A stretch of DNA of 64,000 nt from an uncultured virus (IMG/VR IMGVR_UViG_3300033075_001676) (Duplodnaviria; Heunggongvirae; Uroviricota; Caudoviricetes), in the IMG/VR virus record IMGVR_UViG_3300033075_001676; one strand, written 5' to 3'. Every line of letters starts with the position of its first letter. The first letter of the stretch is position 1. This document shows positions 45,322 through 57,007 of this stretch, one piece after another. Under the pieces are notes generated by a model, which saw only the letters and a program-made list of their open reading frames with translations, was not told the DNA's origin and searched no databases. A program made the translations under genes and the position numbers.

Positions 45322-46282
45322 ATTTATATACTTAACTGATGTTCATTATTCTGAACATAATCCTAGAGCTTGGAAGGCCGATTATTCTGGAACTTTATTA
45401 GCCAATTTAGATTGGGTATTTAATTATGCCAATGAAAATAATATAGGTCTAGTAGTTCATGGCGGAGATTTAGGCCATCGGTATAACTGGGATTCAGTTA
45501 TGCTTACTAAGTTTATTGATCTTAGACATAAATACTCTAATATTAAATTTTGGACAATTATTGGAAATCATGATACTATTGGAAAGAATGTTCAGGATAT
45601 TAGAAATACTGGTTTAAATATTCTTGCTAAAGATCCTAATATTTTAGAAATTATAAATGATGATTTAACTAGACCTAGCCATACTCCCTCAATCTATGGA
45701 AATTATGAGTTTTATGGCTACCATAGTGATTGGTATAAAACTGAAGAGCTCCTTAAAGGTGAGGAATACTTAGATGAAGCTTATGGTGAAGTTGATGATC
45801 CAATCTGTGTAGCAGTAATTCATGCAGCTGTAGGAGCCGAAAGTACCCCTTATTGTAAAGGTATTAAAGATGTTAAAGTAGGTGGTTTTGACTTAGCTCT
45901 TTTTGGAGACATTCACAATGGTTGGGAGCCGGTAGATATTAGTTGGGATGCTTTTGAAAATAAAACAATGGCATTTAATCCAGGATCTTTTGGTAGAAGG
46001 ACTGTTGAAGATTCAAAACGAGCAACAAAGTTTATTGTTTTTGAAGGTAGAGATTTTAAAGAAGTTGAAGTTCCAAATCTTGCTAATGAAGAGCTATTTA
46101 ACTTTAAAGCTTTTAAACCGGTAACAATTAGTAAAGCTTATTTAGAAGCAATGAGTAGTATTAAATCTTTTAGAGAAGAAGATTTAACTGCAATGTTATT
46201 TGCTAAAGCTAAAGAATTGAATTTAGATGAATATATTGTACGAAGAATTGTGGAGAAGATCAATCCCCAGAGTGAGTTGTAA
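45302..46282 (+). CDS. Mre11/SbcD-like nuclease
   Basis: DVH, GGD, GNHD, GDIH, NPGS motifs. Confidence 0.9.
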   Translation: MELVPNKFIYLTDVHYSEHNPRAWKADYSGTLLANLDWVFNYANENNIGLVVHGGDLGHRYNWDSVMLTKFIDLRHKYSNIKFWTIIGNHDTIGKNVQDIRNTGLNILAKDPNILEIINDDLTRPSHTPSIYGNYEFYGYHSDWYKTEELLKGEEYLDEAYGEVDDPICVAVIHAAVGAESTPYCKGIKDVKVGGFDLALFGDIHNGWEPVDISWDAFENKTMAFNPGSFGRRTVEDSKRATKFIVFEGRDFKEVEVPNLANEELFNFKAFKPVTISKAYLEAMSSIKSFREEDLTAMLFAKAKELNLDEYIVRRIVEKINPQSEL

Positions 46283-46592
46283 TATGGACCCTTTTGATAA
46301 TGTTAATATTGAAGAATTTGAAAATATGTTTCAGCAAATGGAAGATGAAGTTAAGATGCTGGAGCAAGAAATTACAAAACAAGAAGTCTTGGAAGACCAG
46401 AGAAAAGTTAAAGAAGAAACTTTACGACAAGAGTTAATTGCAGCAGGCTTAGATCCTGATAATTTAAATTCTTGTATTGATATAATTACTAAATCCTTAA
46501 CCTATCTGGAAAAGGAATTTGAAGAGAAATTAACTGAGGTTAAAAATCAATTAAATGCTGGATCAATTCCAACAGTTGAAAGTCCAATTTGA
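46227..46592 (+). CDS. Coiled-coil protein within the SbcCD cluster
   Basis: Glu/Lys-rich heptads. Confidence 0.65.
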   Translation: MNILYEELWRRSIPRVSCNMDPFDNVNIEEFENMFQQMEDEVKMLEQEITKQEVLEDQRKVKEETLRQELIAAGLDPDNLNSCIDIITKSLTYLEKEFEEKLTEVKNQLNAGSIPTVESPI

Positions 46593-47166
46593 GATAAAAA
46601 GACTTAAAGTTCTTGAACTTCAGCAAGCCAAAGAAGAATTAGAAATTAAACTAAAGAATCTACAAAATCAATTAAATGATGATGAAAAATCGTTAACTTT
46701 ATTAAAGGCTTGTTTAGAGAAACTTTTAGAAAAGAAAATATATATTGAAGATTTAATTAGTAAAGCACTTACAACTGTTTTTAATAAAAACTATAAGTGT
46801 CTACTAGAACTTCAATATGATAGTGATGGAATTCTAAAGGGTATAAAACCTAAGTTTGCTGAAGAGGATGGAGAGTTTGATGATCCAATTAGTTCATTTG
46901 GTTCAGGAGCAGCAGCAATTGCTTCTTTATGTCTAAGGATTGCAATTCTATTAATTACTGGAGGAACTGCTCCAGTATTAGTAATGGATGAACCTTTAGC
47001 AAATTTGTCATCAGACTTGCAACCAACAATGCAAAAATTTATAGAAGAAACTTGTAAAGCTAGTGATTTACAACTAGTAATGATTACCCATTTGGATGAA
47101 CCATTTGGAAAAGTTTATAGAGTTTCAAAACATAGTGGAATTAGTACATGTATAATATCAAATTAG
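46555..47166 (+). CDS. Rad50/SbcC C-terminal half
   Basis: Signature-like FGSGA, Walker B VLVMDEP, D-loop ANLS, H-loop MITH. Confidence 0.85.
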   Translation: MLDQFQQLKVQFEIKRLKVLELQQAKEELEIKLKNLQNQLNDDEKSLTLLKACLEKLLEKKIYIEDLISKALTTVFNKNYKCLLELQYDSDGILKGIKPKFAEEDGEFDDPISSFGSGAAAIASLCLRIAILLITGGTAPVLVMDEPLANLSSDLQPTMQKFIEETCKASDLQLVMITHLDEPFGKVYRVSKHSGISTCIISN

Positions 47167-48607
47167 TAACTGACGATTTAAACCTTGCAGCAGGGTTTAT
47201 GGGTGCTGTTTTAAGTGCCAAAGATTTTGTAAAGCAAAATATCAATAAACCTTTTAATTTTTCTATTGAGACTAATGATCCAGCAGTTAAAATCCTAGCT
47301 GAGTATGCTCCGGTCCTTAAGAATATTGAATGGGAAGAAATTGAAATTCCAGACTCTGCTCAAGAGCTTCAAGCATTTGATCAGTGGGCTGCTCAAAGAC
47401 TTATTATGGAGCTGTCAGAGGGCCATGGCATGGTGATTGATATGGCTCCGGTTGTAAATACTCTTACCTATGAAAGACTTGCAAGTGCTATCTTGAAACT
47501 AAAGTATGACTTACATAATAAACCTAGTTATTGGTTTCCTAAGCTTCCAGTAGATAGAGCCTTTGCAGCTGATGCTGTCATTAGAGATGAAGCATTTAGA
47601 CCTATAGCAGAAAATTTCTTGAAGGGTATGCTTGCCAAGGAAAATTTTAATATTGTCTGTACTCAAGATAACTTTGAAACCATTAAGTATATTAACAGCA
47701 ATCTATCAGCAGTTTTTGCTACTCCAGATGATCCTATTAATTGTATTTTAGAAAGCTACTATGAAGGATTTGATAAGATTGCTCAGGCTACTCCTTTAGT
47801 TATTATAGCTCCAGATACATTTGATCAATTGGATTATAGGAGATGCGGGCATTGGCCTAGCTGTATTCCAGGTAGATTAACAGAATCAACTGAAGAGAGC
47901 TTTCAGAAGGGTCAGATTTGGGCTACTCGAAAGAAGTTTAATTTTGATCATCATGAATTTCAAAAATCTACGGTGAAATCTAATGGCTAACTATTGGGAT
48001 TGTCAAATTTGTAAACAGGGTTTGAAAGAACCTAAAGTTGTGGTATTTAAGAATAAGAAAGTTGTGTATACAACCCACTCTATTCTAAAGGCTGAGAATT
48101 ATAGTTTTAAGAACTTAATTCCACCAGTATTAATTAAATTTTCATATGTCTGTTCAAGATGCAAGCACGAAAGTAGAATTGTTGAGAAAGTTTATAACAA
48201 CATCTAGTTTTAAAGATTTTATTCATGAAGGAATTACTTTTCTAAATACTCAGAAACCCCAACCTTTTTTTAATAGCTATACCTATGGACATTATTTATT
48301 AGCAAAGATAAAGTATGTTTCTGAGAAGAAAGGTGGGGATCCTAGATTATTGAGATTGACCTGTTACTGGGAAATTTTAAAAATTTGGGATGGTAATAGA
48401 AATTGTAATTGTTTAGTTGCTTTAACAAATGAAATTTTAAATATTTTAAATGATGGAGAATTAAGTATTCCAGAACAAACAAGTTTGTTAGCAATGGATA
48501 ATCTTATTACTACCTTAGATGTTGGTGAAATTGTTAAATTATATGGTTTAAATATAAATAGAAGTGTACTTCAAACTTTGGTTGAGGGAATAGTGTATAG
48601 TGGCTAA
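47148..48607 (+). CDS. Hypothetical proteins 47148..47990, 47983..48207 (two CxxC) and 48146..48607
   Basis: ORF track. Confidence 0.6.
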
Positions 48608-51600
48608 GGCTGGAATTGTAAATGATGATAATGGAAAATATATTGGGAAATATATTTGGATCCAACAAGGGGATCAAGAATTATTAGATAGATTTTGTCA
48701 TAGCTGGCTGGAAACTTATAAAGAAGACTCTAGATTCAAAGTCTGTATAGACCTAGAAACTCAAGGTTTAGATTATATTACTCAAGATATTCTTTTATTT
48801 TCTATTTCTTGGAATGGAAAAGATAGTATTATCTTTGATCCTATGTATTTTGAGCTTACTAAATTAAAGGAAGTTCTTGCGACTATTCCGGTAGTAAATA
48901 CTAATATTAAATTTGATGCTAAATGGATTTACTATAAGTATGGAATTGAGATCCAAGTTGCTTTTGATGCAATGGTTGGAGCTCAACTAGGTTGGGCAGG
49001 TGCATTTCCAGGCTTTGGTAAAAAATATAGTTTAGATAACTTGGTCGATAAATTACTTAAATTAAAAATTAGTAAGGATGTTCGCCAAGAATTTATTGGT
49101 AAAGTATCAGGATCAGAATATACCATTGAACAGATTGAATATGCTGTAAAAGATAGTCTTTTAACTTATAGATTGGTTCATCCAATTACTAAAAGACTTC
49201 AGAATGAAAATCTTTGGCATATCTGGGAAAATGTAGAAGTTCCTTTAATTCAATCTATGATTAGATCTGAAGTTAAGGGTGTATTGATTGATGTTGAAAA
49301 ACTAAAAGAACTTTATGCACTGAGGGAGAAGGAGCTTAAAGAAACCTATGATGAAATTTTAGTTGAACTTGCTAAAATTCCTAAAGAGAAGTTACCTAAG
49401 TTTACTAAAGATAAATTCAATCCTAAGAGTCCAAAACAATTAGTTGATTTGATGGCTGTTGTTGGAATTAAACTTAAGTCTACTGAGGCTGAAGTTTTAG
49501 ATGAAGCAATGGCTACGCATAATCTTCCATTGTTAACTAAAATTATTAAGTATAGACATATTCAAGATGAGATTTCTAAGTATTTAAAATCATTCTTAGA
49601 AAAATATATTAATCCAGTTACTAATTGTGTTCATCCAAATTATCAAACATGTGGGGCGGATGCAACTGGGAGGTTGGCATCAAGCCATCCTAATACTCAA
49701 AATCTAGCTCCAGACTTTAGACCAATGATTGTGGCTAGACCTAATCATAGTTTAATCTGTTCAGATGCCAGTGCATTTGAATTTAGATCTGCTGCAGCTT
49801 TAAGTGGCGAAGAATATCTTCTAGATGCTTTTAGGGAAAGAGCTGAGTTACTTCCTGAAGTTAAGGAAGTTGCTGCAAAGTATGGGGAAACTGATCCTGA
49901 TACTTTGGTTAAATCTGTGGAGAAGAAAATTCTTACAGTTACTCAGGGTGAACATGAGTTAATTAATAGGTTTGCTAATACAGACATTCATAGAAGAAAC
50001 GGAGCTCTTATTTTTGGTTGTGAGCCTAATGAAATCACTTCTGATCAAAGATCAGTGTCTAAGTGTGTTGATTTAAACTCAATTGTTTTTACAGACAAAG
50101 GTTTATTCAAAGTTAGAGATTTTCTTCCAGCTAAACCTAAAGAAAAAACTTATTACGAATTAAAAGATGTTAAGGTTCAGACCGATACTGGTTTTAAGAT
50201 AGCTAATAAGATTTACTATGCTGGAATTCTTCCTAGTTTGGTTATTACAACCAAATCAGGTAGAAAAATAATTTGTTCAGAAGAACATAAGTTTAGAGTT
50301 TGGAAGAATAACAAGTATCAATGGATTAAATCTAAGAGCTTGAAAGAGCAAGAAGATTTAATTCTTAAAATGGGTGATGGATTTTATGCGAAGAGTAGCA
50401 AGAAGATTATTGAGGCGCAGGAGTTTGGAAATTTACTTAAAAACTCAAAAGTAGTTGATAATAAAGTATTTGTCCCAGAGGACTGTCAGTTCACGGTTTA
50501 TAAAGTTGGTCGGGCTGACAAGAAGAGTGGGTTGGTTGAAGTTGAAATAGATTCCACAGAATTAAATAATATTCCGGAATGGATTTTGAATGGGACCAAA
50601 GAAGTCAAAATAGGGTTCTTGAATAATTTTATTAACAATGATTTTTATTTAGGTTGGAGTTTTTCTGGAAATGAAAATGTTCTAGGTCAAGTTCAATTAT
50701 TATTACAGACCGAAGGAATTAATAGCTTTTTAAAGACTAATAAAACTCATTTAGTTGATGGAATTCCCAAATTAGTAGTTTGGAATGGTAATAGAACTAA
50801 ATTATTAATTTTATTGGGTAAAGAAAAGAAAAAGAAAGTTGAAGTTTTAAATCCAAAGGCTGATCAAATTATAATGCCATCAAGTATGGTTAATAAAATT
50901 ATAAATGAGGGAACTTTAAATGATGCAGAATTAAAGTTTTTGGACTTTATGAAAACTAATAACTTGATTAGGGACCAAATTGTTAGTATTGAAAAAGGAC
51001 CAAAGATCCCAATGGGAGACTTTAGTGTTCCTGAAAATAATACAGTTGTTTATAATGGGTATGTAAGTCACAATACCTTGGGATATTGTGTTTCTCCTGA
51101 AACTAAAATTCTAACTAGACAAATGGATTGGGTTCGAGCAGATTCACTACAAGTTGGAGACCCTATTTATGGATTTGATGAAACATATAATATAAATGCA
51201 ACTTCAGATCATGGTAGAAATAAAGCTAGAAAATGGAGAGAAGCATTTGTAGAAGGAACTGGTATTAGATCTTTACCTTCTTATGAGATTACTTTTGAAG
51301 ATGGTCAAACTATTAGATGTTCTGAAAACCATCAATGGCTATGTAGAAATTCATCTAGTTGGACTACTGAATGGATTGAGACTAAGAATCTTGTAATTGG
51401 TAATAAATTGCAATATTATATGGATCCCTGGAAAAGACGAACTAGTTTTGAAGATGGCTGGCTATCTGGAATCTATGATGGTGAAGGATATACCAGTAGA
51501 AGTGTATCTAAAAATGGTTCTAGTTATAATATAGGAGTAAATCAAAATCAAGGAGCAGTATTAGATAGAATTCAAGAAATTTTAACTAAAAATCAAATAG

Positions 51601-52397
51601 AACATACTTTAGGAAAAAATAGTAAGAATAGGGACTGCTATCAAATAAGTCTAACTGGTAAAATTCATCACAAACTAAGATTTCTTGGTGAATTTCAACC
51701 CGTTAGATTAATTAATAATTCTAAACTAGACGGAATTACTCTTCAAAAAATTGATAGTAAGAAGATTGTAAAAATTGAATTTATTGGTAATCAGGATATG
51801 GTTACTCTCCAAACCTCTACTAAAACTTTCTTTGCAGATGGTTTTGGAGCCCATAATAGTGCTTTATATAGTTCTGGTCCTGGAACTATTCAAGTTCAAT
51901 TAGCAAAACAAGGAAATTTTTATAGTTTAGACCAATGTAAAAGTTTTCAAGCCAAGTTTTTTAATAATCTCCCAAAAATTAAAAAGCTAACTGATGAAAT
52001 TAAAGAAAATATGTTAAAGGATGGTTATGTAACTAGTATGTATGGTAGAAAAAGATTTTTTGTTTTTCCACCTAAATATCAAACTAGATTATATGAGCAG
52101 ACTAAACAGAAATTCTATAGAGAAGCAGTAAATGCACCTTTTCAAATGAGTAATGCTGATGCTACTAAAATTACAATGGTTAAATTAGAAGACTATTATA
52201 GATCTTTTGTAGATTATTTAATGCCTACAACACTTTTAAATATTCATGATGAAATTGTAGTTGAGGCTCATGATGATATTTGTGCTGAAGTTGCCCCTAT
52301 TGTACATAAAGTATTTGTAGAATCTTGTTCAGAAGCTCTTCAAGGTAAAGCTCCGGTAGAATGTTCTTACGCTATTATGAAGCGCTGGTCTAAATAA
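48600..52397 (+). CDS. polA: Family A DNA polymerase with 3'-5' exonuclease and two inteins (671 aa mature)
   Basis: DLET exo I, TGRLASSHPNTQN, motif A DASAFEFR, motif B RSVSK|TLGY|SALY, motif C IHDE. Confidence 0.95.
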   Translation: MAKAGIVNDDNGKYIGKYIWIQQGDQELLDRFCHSWLETYKEDSRFKVCIDLETQGLDYITQDILLFSISWNGKDSIIFDPMYFELTKLKEVLATIPVVNTNIKFDAKWIYYKYGIEIQVAFDAMVGAQLGWAGAFPGFGKKYSLDNLVDKLLKLKISKDVRQEFIGKVSGSEYTIEQIEYAVKDSLLTYRLVHPITKRLQNENLWHIWENVEVPLIQSMIRSEVKGVLIDVEKLKELYALREKELKETYDEILVELAKIPKEKLPKFTKDKFNPKSPKQLVDLMAVVGIKLKSTEAEVLDEAMATHNLPLLTKIIKYRHIQDEISKYLKSFLEKYINPVTNCVHPNYQTCGADATGRLASSHPNTQNLAPDFRPMIVARPNHSLICSDASAFEFRSAAALSGEEYLLDAFRERAELLPEVKEVAAKYGETDPDTLVKSVEKKILTVTQGEHELINRFANTDIHRRNGALIFGCEPNEITSDQRSVSKCVDLNSIVFTDKGLFKVRDFLPAKPKEKTYYELKDVKVQTDTGFKIANKIYYAGILPSLVITTKSGRKIICSEEHKFRVWKNNKYQWIKSKSLKEQEDLILKMGDGFYAKSSKKIIEAQEFGNLLKNSKVVDNKVFVPEDCQFTVYKVGRADKKSGLVEVEIDSTELNNIPEWILNGTKEVKIGFLNNFINNDFYLGWSFSGNENVLGQVQLLLQTEGINSFLKTNKTHLVDGIPKLVVWNGNRTKLLILLGKEKKKKVEVLNPKADQIIMPSSMVNKIINEGTLNDAELKFLDFMKTNNLIRDQIVSIEKGPKIPMGDFSVPENNTVVYNGYVSHNTLGYCVSPETKILTRQMDWVRADSLQVGDPIYGFDETYNINATSDHGRNKARKWREAFVEGTGIRSLPSYEITFEDGQTIRCSENHQWLCRNSSSWTTEWIETKNLVIGNKLQYYMDPWKRRTSFEDGWLSGIYDGEGYTSRSVSKNGSSYNIGVNQNQGAVLDRIQEILTKNQIEHTLGKNSKNRDCYQISLTGKIHHKLRFLGEFQPVRLINNSKLDGITLQKIDSKKIVKIEFIGNQDMVTLQTSTKTFFADGFGAHNSALYSSGPGTIQVQLAKQGNFYSLDQCKSFQAKFFNNLPKIKKLTDEIKENMLKDGYVTSMYGRKRFFVFPPKYQTRLYEQTKQKFYREAVNAPFQMSNADATKITMVKLEDYYRSFVDYLMPTTLLNIHDEIVVEAHDDICAEVAPIVHKVFVESCSEALQGKAPVECSYAIMKRWSK
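50064..51074 (+). mobile_element. Intein 1 in polA (337 aa, degenerate endonuclease)
   Basis: Starts CVDLNS, block B CSEEHKF, ends VSHN before Thr. Confidence 0.9.
51087..51857 (+). mobile_element. Intein 2 in polA (257 aa, one LAGLIDADG motif)
   Basis: Starts CVSPET, CSENHQW, WLSGIYDGEG, ends AHN before Ser. Confidence 0.9.
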
Positions 52398-52971
52398 TGT
52401 ATAAACTTTATAAAACTCCGTACTTTGAAGAAACTTGGTGGAAAGTAGTTACAGTTAGAAATACAAGAAGTAATCTTGATTTATATTTTGGATTTCCTAA
52501 TTTTCAAAGTTTTAATAAAATTTGTTTTGGAATTGCAAGTCTATCTAGTCCACAGTCTGGATCTTGGATCAGCCAAAGTTATACAAAAAAATCTAAAGAG
52601 GATCTTATTTGGTCCTATGAGAATTGGAGTGGAGGAAATCTTGATACCTACCAATTAAAAGATCTCTGGGAGAAATTTAAATGATATTTTATAGATTTAA
52701 TATATCTGTATCAGGAGATTTTTTTAAGTGCGCTATGGAATCTAATAATATTTTGTTTTATTATACTATTAATGATAAAACAGAAAGGTATGGTTTTGAG
52801 GATATATCCTTATATACTCTTGGTTTTTGGGAGTATAAGGCTAGTGATAACTTCTGGGGAAGTTTTAATGTGCAAGATCAATCTTATTTTGGGGAGCGTA
52901 GTGAAGTAGATGCTCAATGTACGTATCTTAAATATGGAAAAAAATTTTTGGGGAGAAAATATTGTAAATGA
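52397..52971 (+). CDS. Two small aromatic-rich ORFs
   Basis: ORF track. Confidence 0.6.
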
Positions 52972-53657
52972 TTGAAGTAGAATTACAAGAACATATGGGT
53001 TCTGATAGGAGTATAGCTAGTGCTGCATGGACTTCTACCTACAGTAAAAATAAACAAAGTACTAGGTCTGATGAAGATGTTGCTAGAGTAGTGAAACTTC
53101 TAGCAAATGAACATCATGGTGTTCCATTTGAAACTGTTATTTTTAGGTTTTGGATGAAAATTCCTATTTTTGTTGATAGGCAATTAGTCAAACATAGAGT
53201 AGCTTCACATTCCGGAGCTTCAGGTAGATATAAAACTGTAATGGATGAATTTTTACCAATTCCAGAAGATGTAAAAGCTATTTTAGATAAGTTTAGTTCT
53301 GAGTATAGCTCGGTTACCTTAGGAACTCAATTAGAAAGTGTGATGGTAAGTGCCAATGCAGTCTATAAACAAATTGTAGAACAAGGAAAGAAGGCTAAAG
53401 AAGCAAATACTATTACAAATTCTGAATATAAAAGAATGCGAGAAATTGTCAGAGGAATTCTTCCGCAAGCTAATATGACTGAGACTGTTTTCACTTTAAA
53501 TCTTAGATCATTTGCTAATTTTCAAAAACTTAGAAACTCTGAACATGCCCAACCAGAGATTAGAGAGCTTGCAGAAAAGATGTTAGAGTTGGTTGAACAA
53601 GCCAATATAGCTCCAGTTGCAATCGAAACTTTAAAAAATAATGGATGGGATATTTGA
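52968..53657 (+). CDS. thyX: Flavin-dependent thymidylate synthase
   Basis: HGVPFE, RQLVKHR-x7-SGRY, R..LP, LRNSEHAQPEIR. Confidence 0.93.
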   Translation: MIEVELQEHMGSDRSIASAAWTSTYSKNKQSTRSDEDVARVVKLLANEHHGVPFETVIFRFWMKIPIFVDRQLVKHRVASHSGASGRYKTVMDEFLPIPEDVKAILDKFSSEYSSVTLGTQLESVMVSANAVYKQIVEQGKKAKEANTITNSEYKRMREIVRGILPQANMTETVFTLNLRSFANFQKLRNSEHAQPEIRELAEKMLELVEQANIAPVAIETLKNNGWDI

Positions 53658-54286
53658 GGTATAGTGTTAATGAAACTTATTTCAAAAAAATTGATACTGG
53701 AGAAAAGGCCTATTGGTTAGGATTTATTTTAACTGATGGTTGTGTTATGGAGCGGACAAAAAATCAAAAAGAATTTTCTATAAATCTTCAACAAAATGAT
53801 TTTGAACATTTAGTAAAATTTAAAAATAGTATTGAAAGTAATAATAAAATTGATTTTAGGACAGATAAAAGGGGTTCTAAATCAACAAGAATTAGAATTT
53901 TTAATAAGAATTTTGTAGATAGTCTTATAGAAAAAGGTATTGAACCTAGAAAAACTGGAAAGACTAAACCATTAAGCTGTATTCCAAAAAAATATAACAC
54001 TGACTTTTGGAGAGGCTGTGTGGACGGAGATGGAATGCTTAGAGTTAGAAAAGATGGCTGTTATGTATGTAATTTAGTAGGAGATTATGAATTGGTTAAT
54101 GGCTTTAAAACTTATTGTGGAACAATAGTAAATACTAATAAAAACAATATAAGGCCTCAAGAAAATATATATACTTTTACCGTTACAGGTAAAAAGGCGG
54201 AAAAAATAATTAAAAAATTGTATGGGAACTGCACTGTGAGTCTAAATAGAAAACAGGAGATTGCAAAAACCATATTAAATGTCTAA
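53645..54286 (+). mobile_element. Free-standing LAGLIDADG homing endonuclease
   Basis: YWLGFILTDG and FWRGCVDGDG. Confidence 0.9.
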
Positions 54287-55294
54287 TATTCATTTTATTG
54301 TAGATAATTATACTTTTAGATTTAAAGATACTCCTACAGGTTTTGCCATTGTTACATCAAATAAAAAGACAAAGGCTGAAATGAGTATTACCTATTCTAC
54401 TAGGTATACAACAGTGTCTAATAGTTATACCTTAAAACCTTATACTTCAGCTAGTAAAACTATTTACGGAGCTAATAATTTTCCTACTTGTAATGTAGAT
54501 ATTAAAACTATTCCTAATACTTATTCAACGCCACTATATTCAATTACAAGTAATCCTACTCAAATTAATTTTAATTTTAAAAAAATAAATGAAGTAGAAC
54601 TTGAATTATTTAATTCTTATTTCTTAAATGGAAAATACTATAGCTATGGAAAAATTAGTTCAGACTCATCTTGAAGAGCTGGTAAAAAAAGAAGGAAATA
54701 ACAAATCTTTTGAATATAAGAATTTTGAGTGTATGATTAGAAGAAATTCACTATTAGAAATTCTTTGTGGCTATGTTAAAATTCCTACAGACCATCCTTT
54801 GTTTGGCCTAGAGTGGCCAGATATAAATACGATATCAGCCTATGGTGGAATAACTTTTACAGGCCAATTTGACAAACATAATGAATGGTGGATAGGATTT
54901 GATTGTGGGCATTGGGAAGATGCTTGGCCAGGTTATAAAACTTTAAATCCAGCTGCTACTTATAAAGATATGCAGTTTGTAGAGAATGAAATTAAAGAAT
55001 TAGTAGATAGTATTATAAAAATTTATGGATAAATATATTTTAACTAAAGAAGGATCTTATCTTGATGGAGGTTATGGAAAGATACTAGAATCTGCAGGAT
55101 CTTTTGAAGAAGTAATTGATCTTCTTTTAACCAATGGTCATTTAAATCCTGAAGAGTCTTTAAATGTAAAAAGCTCTTTTATAGAAGATGAAAAAAAGAT
55201 TTGGCATATAGGAGTCCTAACACCTATTGAAGAAGAGGATATTGAAGGTTTGGTAGAAGATGATATGGAGTACTTTGTAGTAACTAAAGTATGA
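54279..55294 (+). CDS. Hypothetical proteins; 54628..55032 carries a CGYV...GGIT...GFDCxH motif seen in other phage proteins
   Basis: ORF track and motif. Confidence 0.65.
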
Positions 55295-56298
55295 ATAAAG
55301 CTTTAACATTTGATGATGTAACTTTGGTTCCATCTTATTGTCCTTTTGATTCTCGCAAAGATGTAGATACTTCCTGTGATCTAGGATTTGGTAAAATTGA
55401 TATTCCAATTATCTCTGCTCCTATGGATACTATTTCTGAAGAAGAGATGGCGGTTGCATTATCTGGAATGGGTGGAGTAACTTTACTTCATAGATTTATG
55501 GAAGTTGATAATCAAGTTACAATGTATAAATCTATTATTAGTAGGTTGCCTTTTGATAAACATCATTTAGTTGGAGTTGCTTTTGGAGTTGCAGAGAAAG
55601 AAAATCAGAGAATTGATGCTTTATACGAATTAGGTTGTAGACTATTTTGCTTGGATGTAGCTCATGGCCACTCTAAGTTTGCAGGTAAAGCTGTAAAGAA
55701 GATTAAAACTAAATATCCAGATACTTTTGTAATTGCTGGCTCAGTCTGTACCTTAGCTGGAGCAGATTATTTAGCTTCTTGTGGGGCAGATATGTTGCGA
55801 GTTGGAATCGGCGGCTCTGGCGTTTGTACTACACGTGTTAAAACAGGTTTTGGAGTCCCACTTTTGACTGCTGTTATGGATTGTGCAAGAGGATCTAAGC
55901 CTATCATTGCAGATGGTGGAATTAGAATTCCTGGGGATGTAGTTAAAAGCTTTGCTGGAGGGGCTAATCTAGTAATGCTTGGTGGAATGCTAAGTGCTAC
56001 TGATGAGACTCCAGGAGAGGCTACAGACGGCTTTAAGGCCTATAGGGGAATGGCTAGCTCTGAAACAGTTGAAAAACACTTTGGTGAAATGCCTGAGTGG
56101 AAGACTGCGGAAGGTATTTCTGTAAAAATTCCATGTAAAGGTCCAGTCAAAAATGTAATTCAAGATTTGATTGGAGGCTTGAGATCTGGTATGACCTATT
56201 GTGGAGCTTATACTTTAGATGAAATTCAAAGAAAAGCTCAATTTGTAGAAATTACAAATGCAGGAACTTTAGAGGGGAGAGCTCACATAAATAAATGA
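55291..56298 (+). CDS. IMPDH / GMP reductase family protein without CBS domains
   Basis: LTFDDV, SAPMDT, GIGGSGVCTTR, IIADGG, YRGMAS. Confidence 0.92.
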   Translation: MNKALTFDDVTLVPSYCPFDSRKDVDTSCDLGFGKIDIPIISAPMDTISEEEMAVALSGMGGVTLLHRFMEVDNQVTMYKSIISRLPFDKHHLVGVAFGVAEKENQRIDALYELGCRLFCLDVAHGHSKFAGKAVKKIKTKYPDTFVIAGSVCTLAGADYLASCGADMLRVGIGGSGVCTTRVKTGFGVPLLTAVMDCARGSKPIIADGGIRIPGDVVKSFAGGANLVMLGGMLSATDETPGEATDGFKAYRGMASSETVEKHFGEMPEWKTAEGISVKIPCKGPVKNVIQDLIGGLRSGMTYCGAYTLDEIQRKAQFVEITNAGTLEGRAHINK

Positions 56299-56970
56299 AT
56301 GAAGAATATACGCCTTTAACTTGGATTAAATCATGGTTTAAATGGGATCCAAGACTAGCAAGACAATATAGCAGAATTATCTTTTCGGTTTTAGCTTTTC
56401 TTATTGTTATAGGAATTGCAGCTTTAGTGGGAGCTTCTATTGGGCATGCAGTTGGTTCTAATTTTTTTACCTTCTGGATAGCCTTTTGTTTTGGTTATTT
56501 TGCTCCTGTAGCTAGTATTTGGACTTGGGAACAATTAGAGCCTAAATAAATATTGTCGGTATAATTAAATGAACTGGTTTTTTAAGAAGAAAGAAGTTAT
56601 TAAAAATAATAAGGACTATGATAAAGAATTAGGACTTCTTTTAGCAGAAATATATAGTTATCGTACTACTTTAAAACAGGGTTCTATTGAAAGTTTAGGA
56701 ATGAAAATAACATCTCATTCTATTTCTATAAAAGATATTACTGTAGTTACTAGAAAATGGTCTGAATATACTGGTCATACTAGGACAACTTGGGATCCGA
56801 TAGTAACTGAACCTCTTAAAGAAGGAATTATTAGTAATTTAACTCTTGTAGCTACTCAATTAAAATTTGAAGTTGAAGAATATCAAGCAAAACGAAGAAA
56901 TATGCTTCAAGAAACTATTAATGAGGGTCTAAGTGTAAACTTAGAAAATCTATTTCTTAAAACTCAATGA
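56295..56970 (+). CDS. Membrane protein 56295..56549 and hypothetical protein 56569..56970
   Basis: Two TM segments in the first. Confidence 0.6.
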
Positions 56971-57007
56971 GCTATTTTAGAATTATGGGAAGGATCATTA
57001 TCGCAAT

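Noticed and set aside
9283..55408. Scattered minus-strand ORFs in the track
   Set aside because: Antisense to + strand genes with no recognisable motifs
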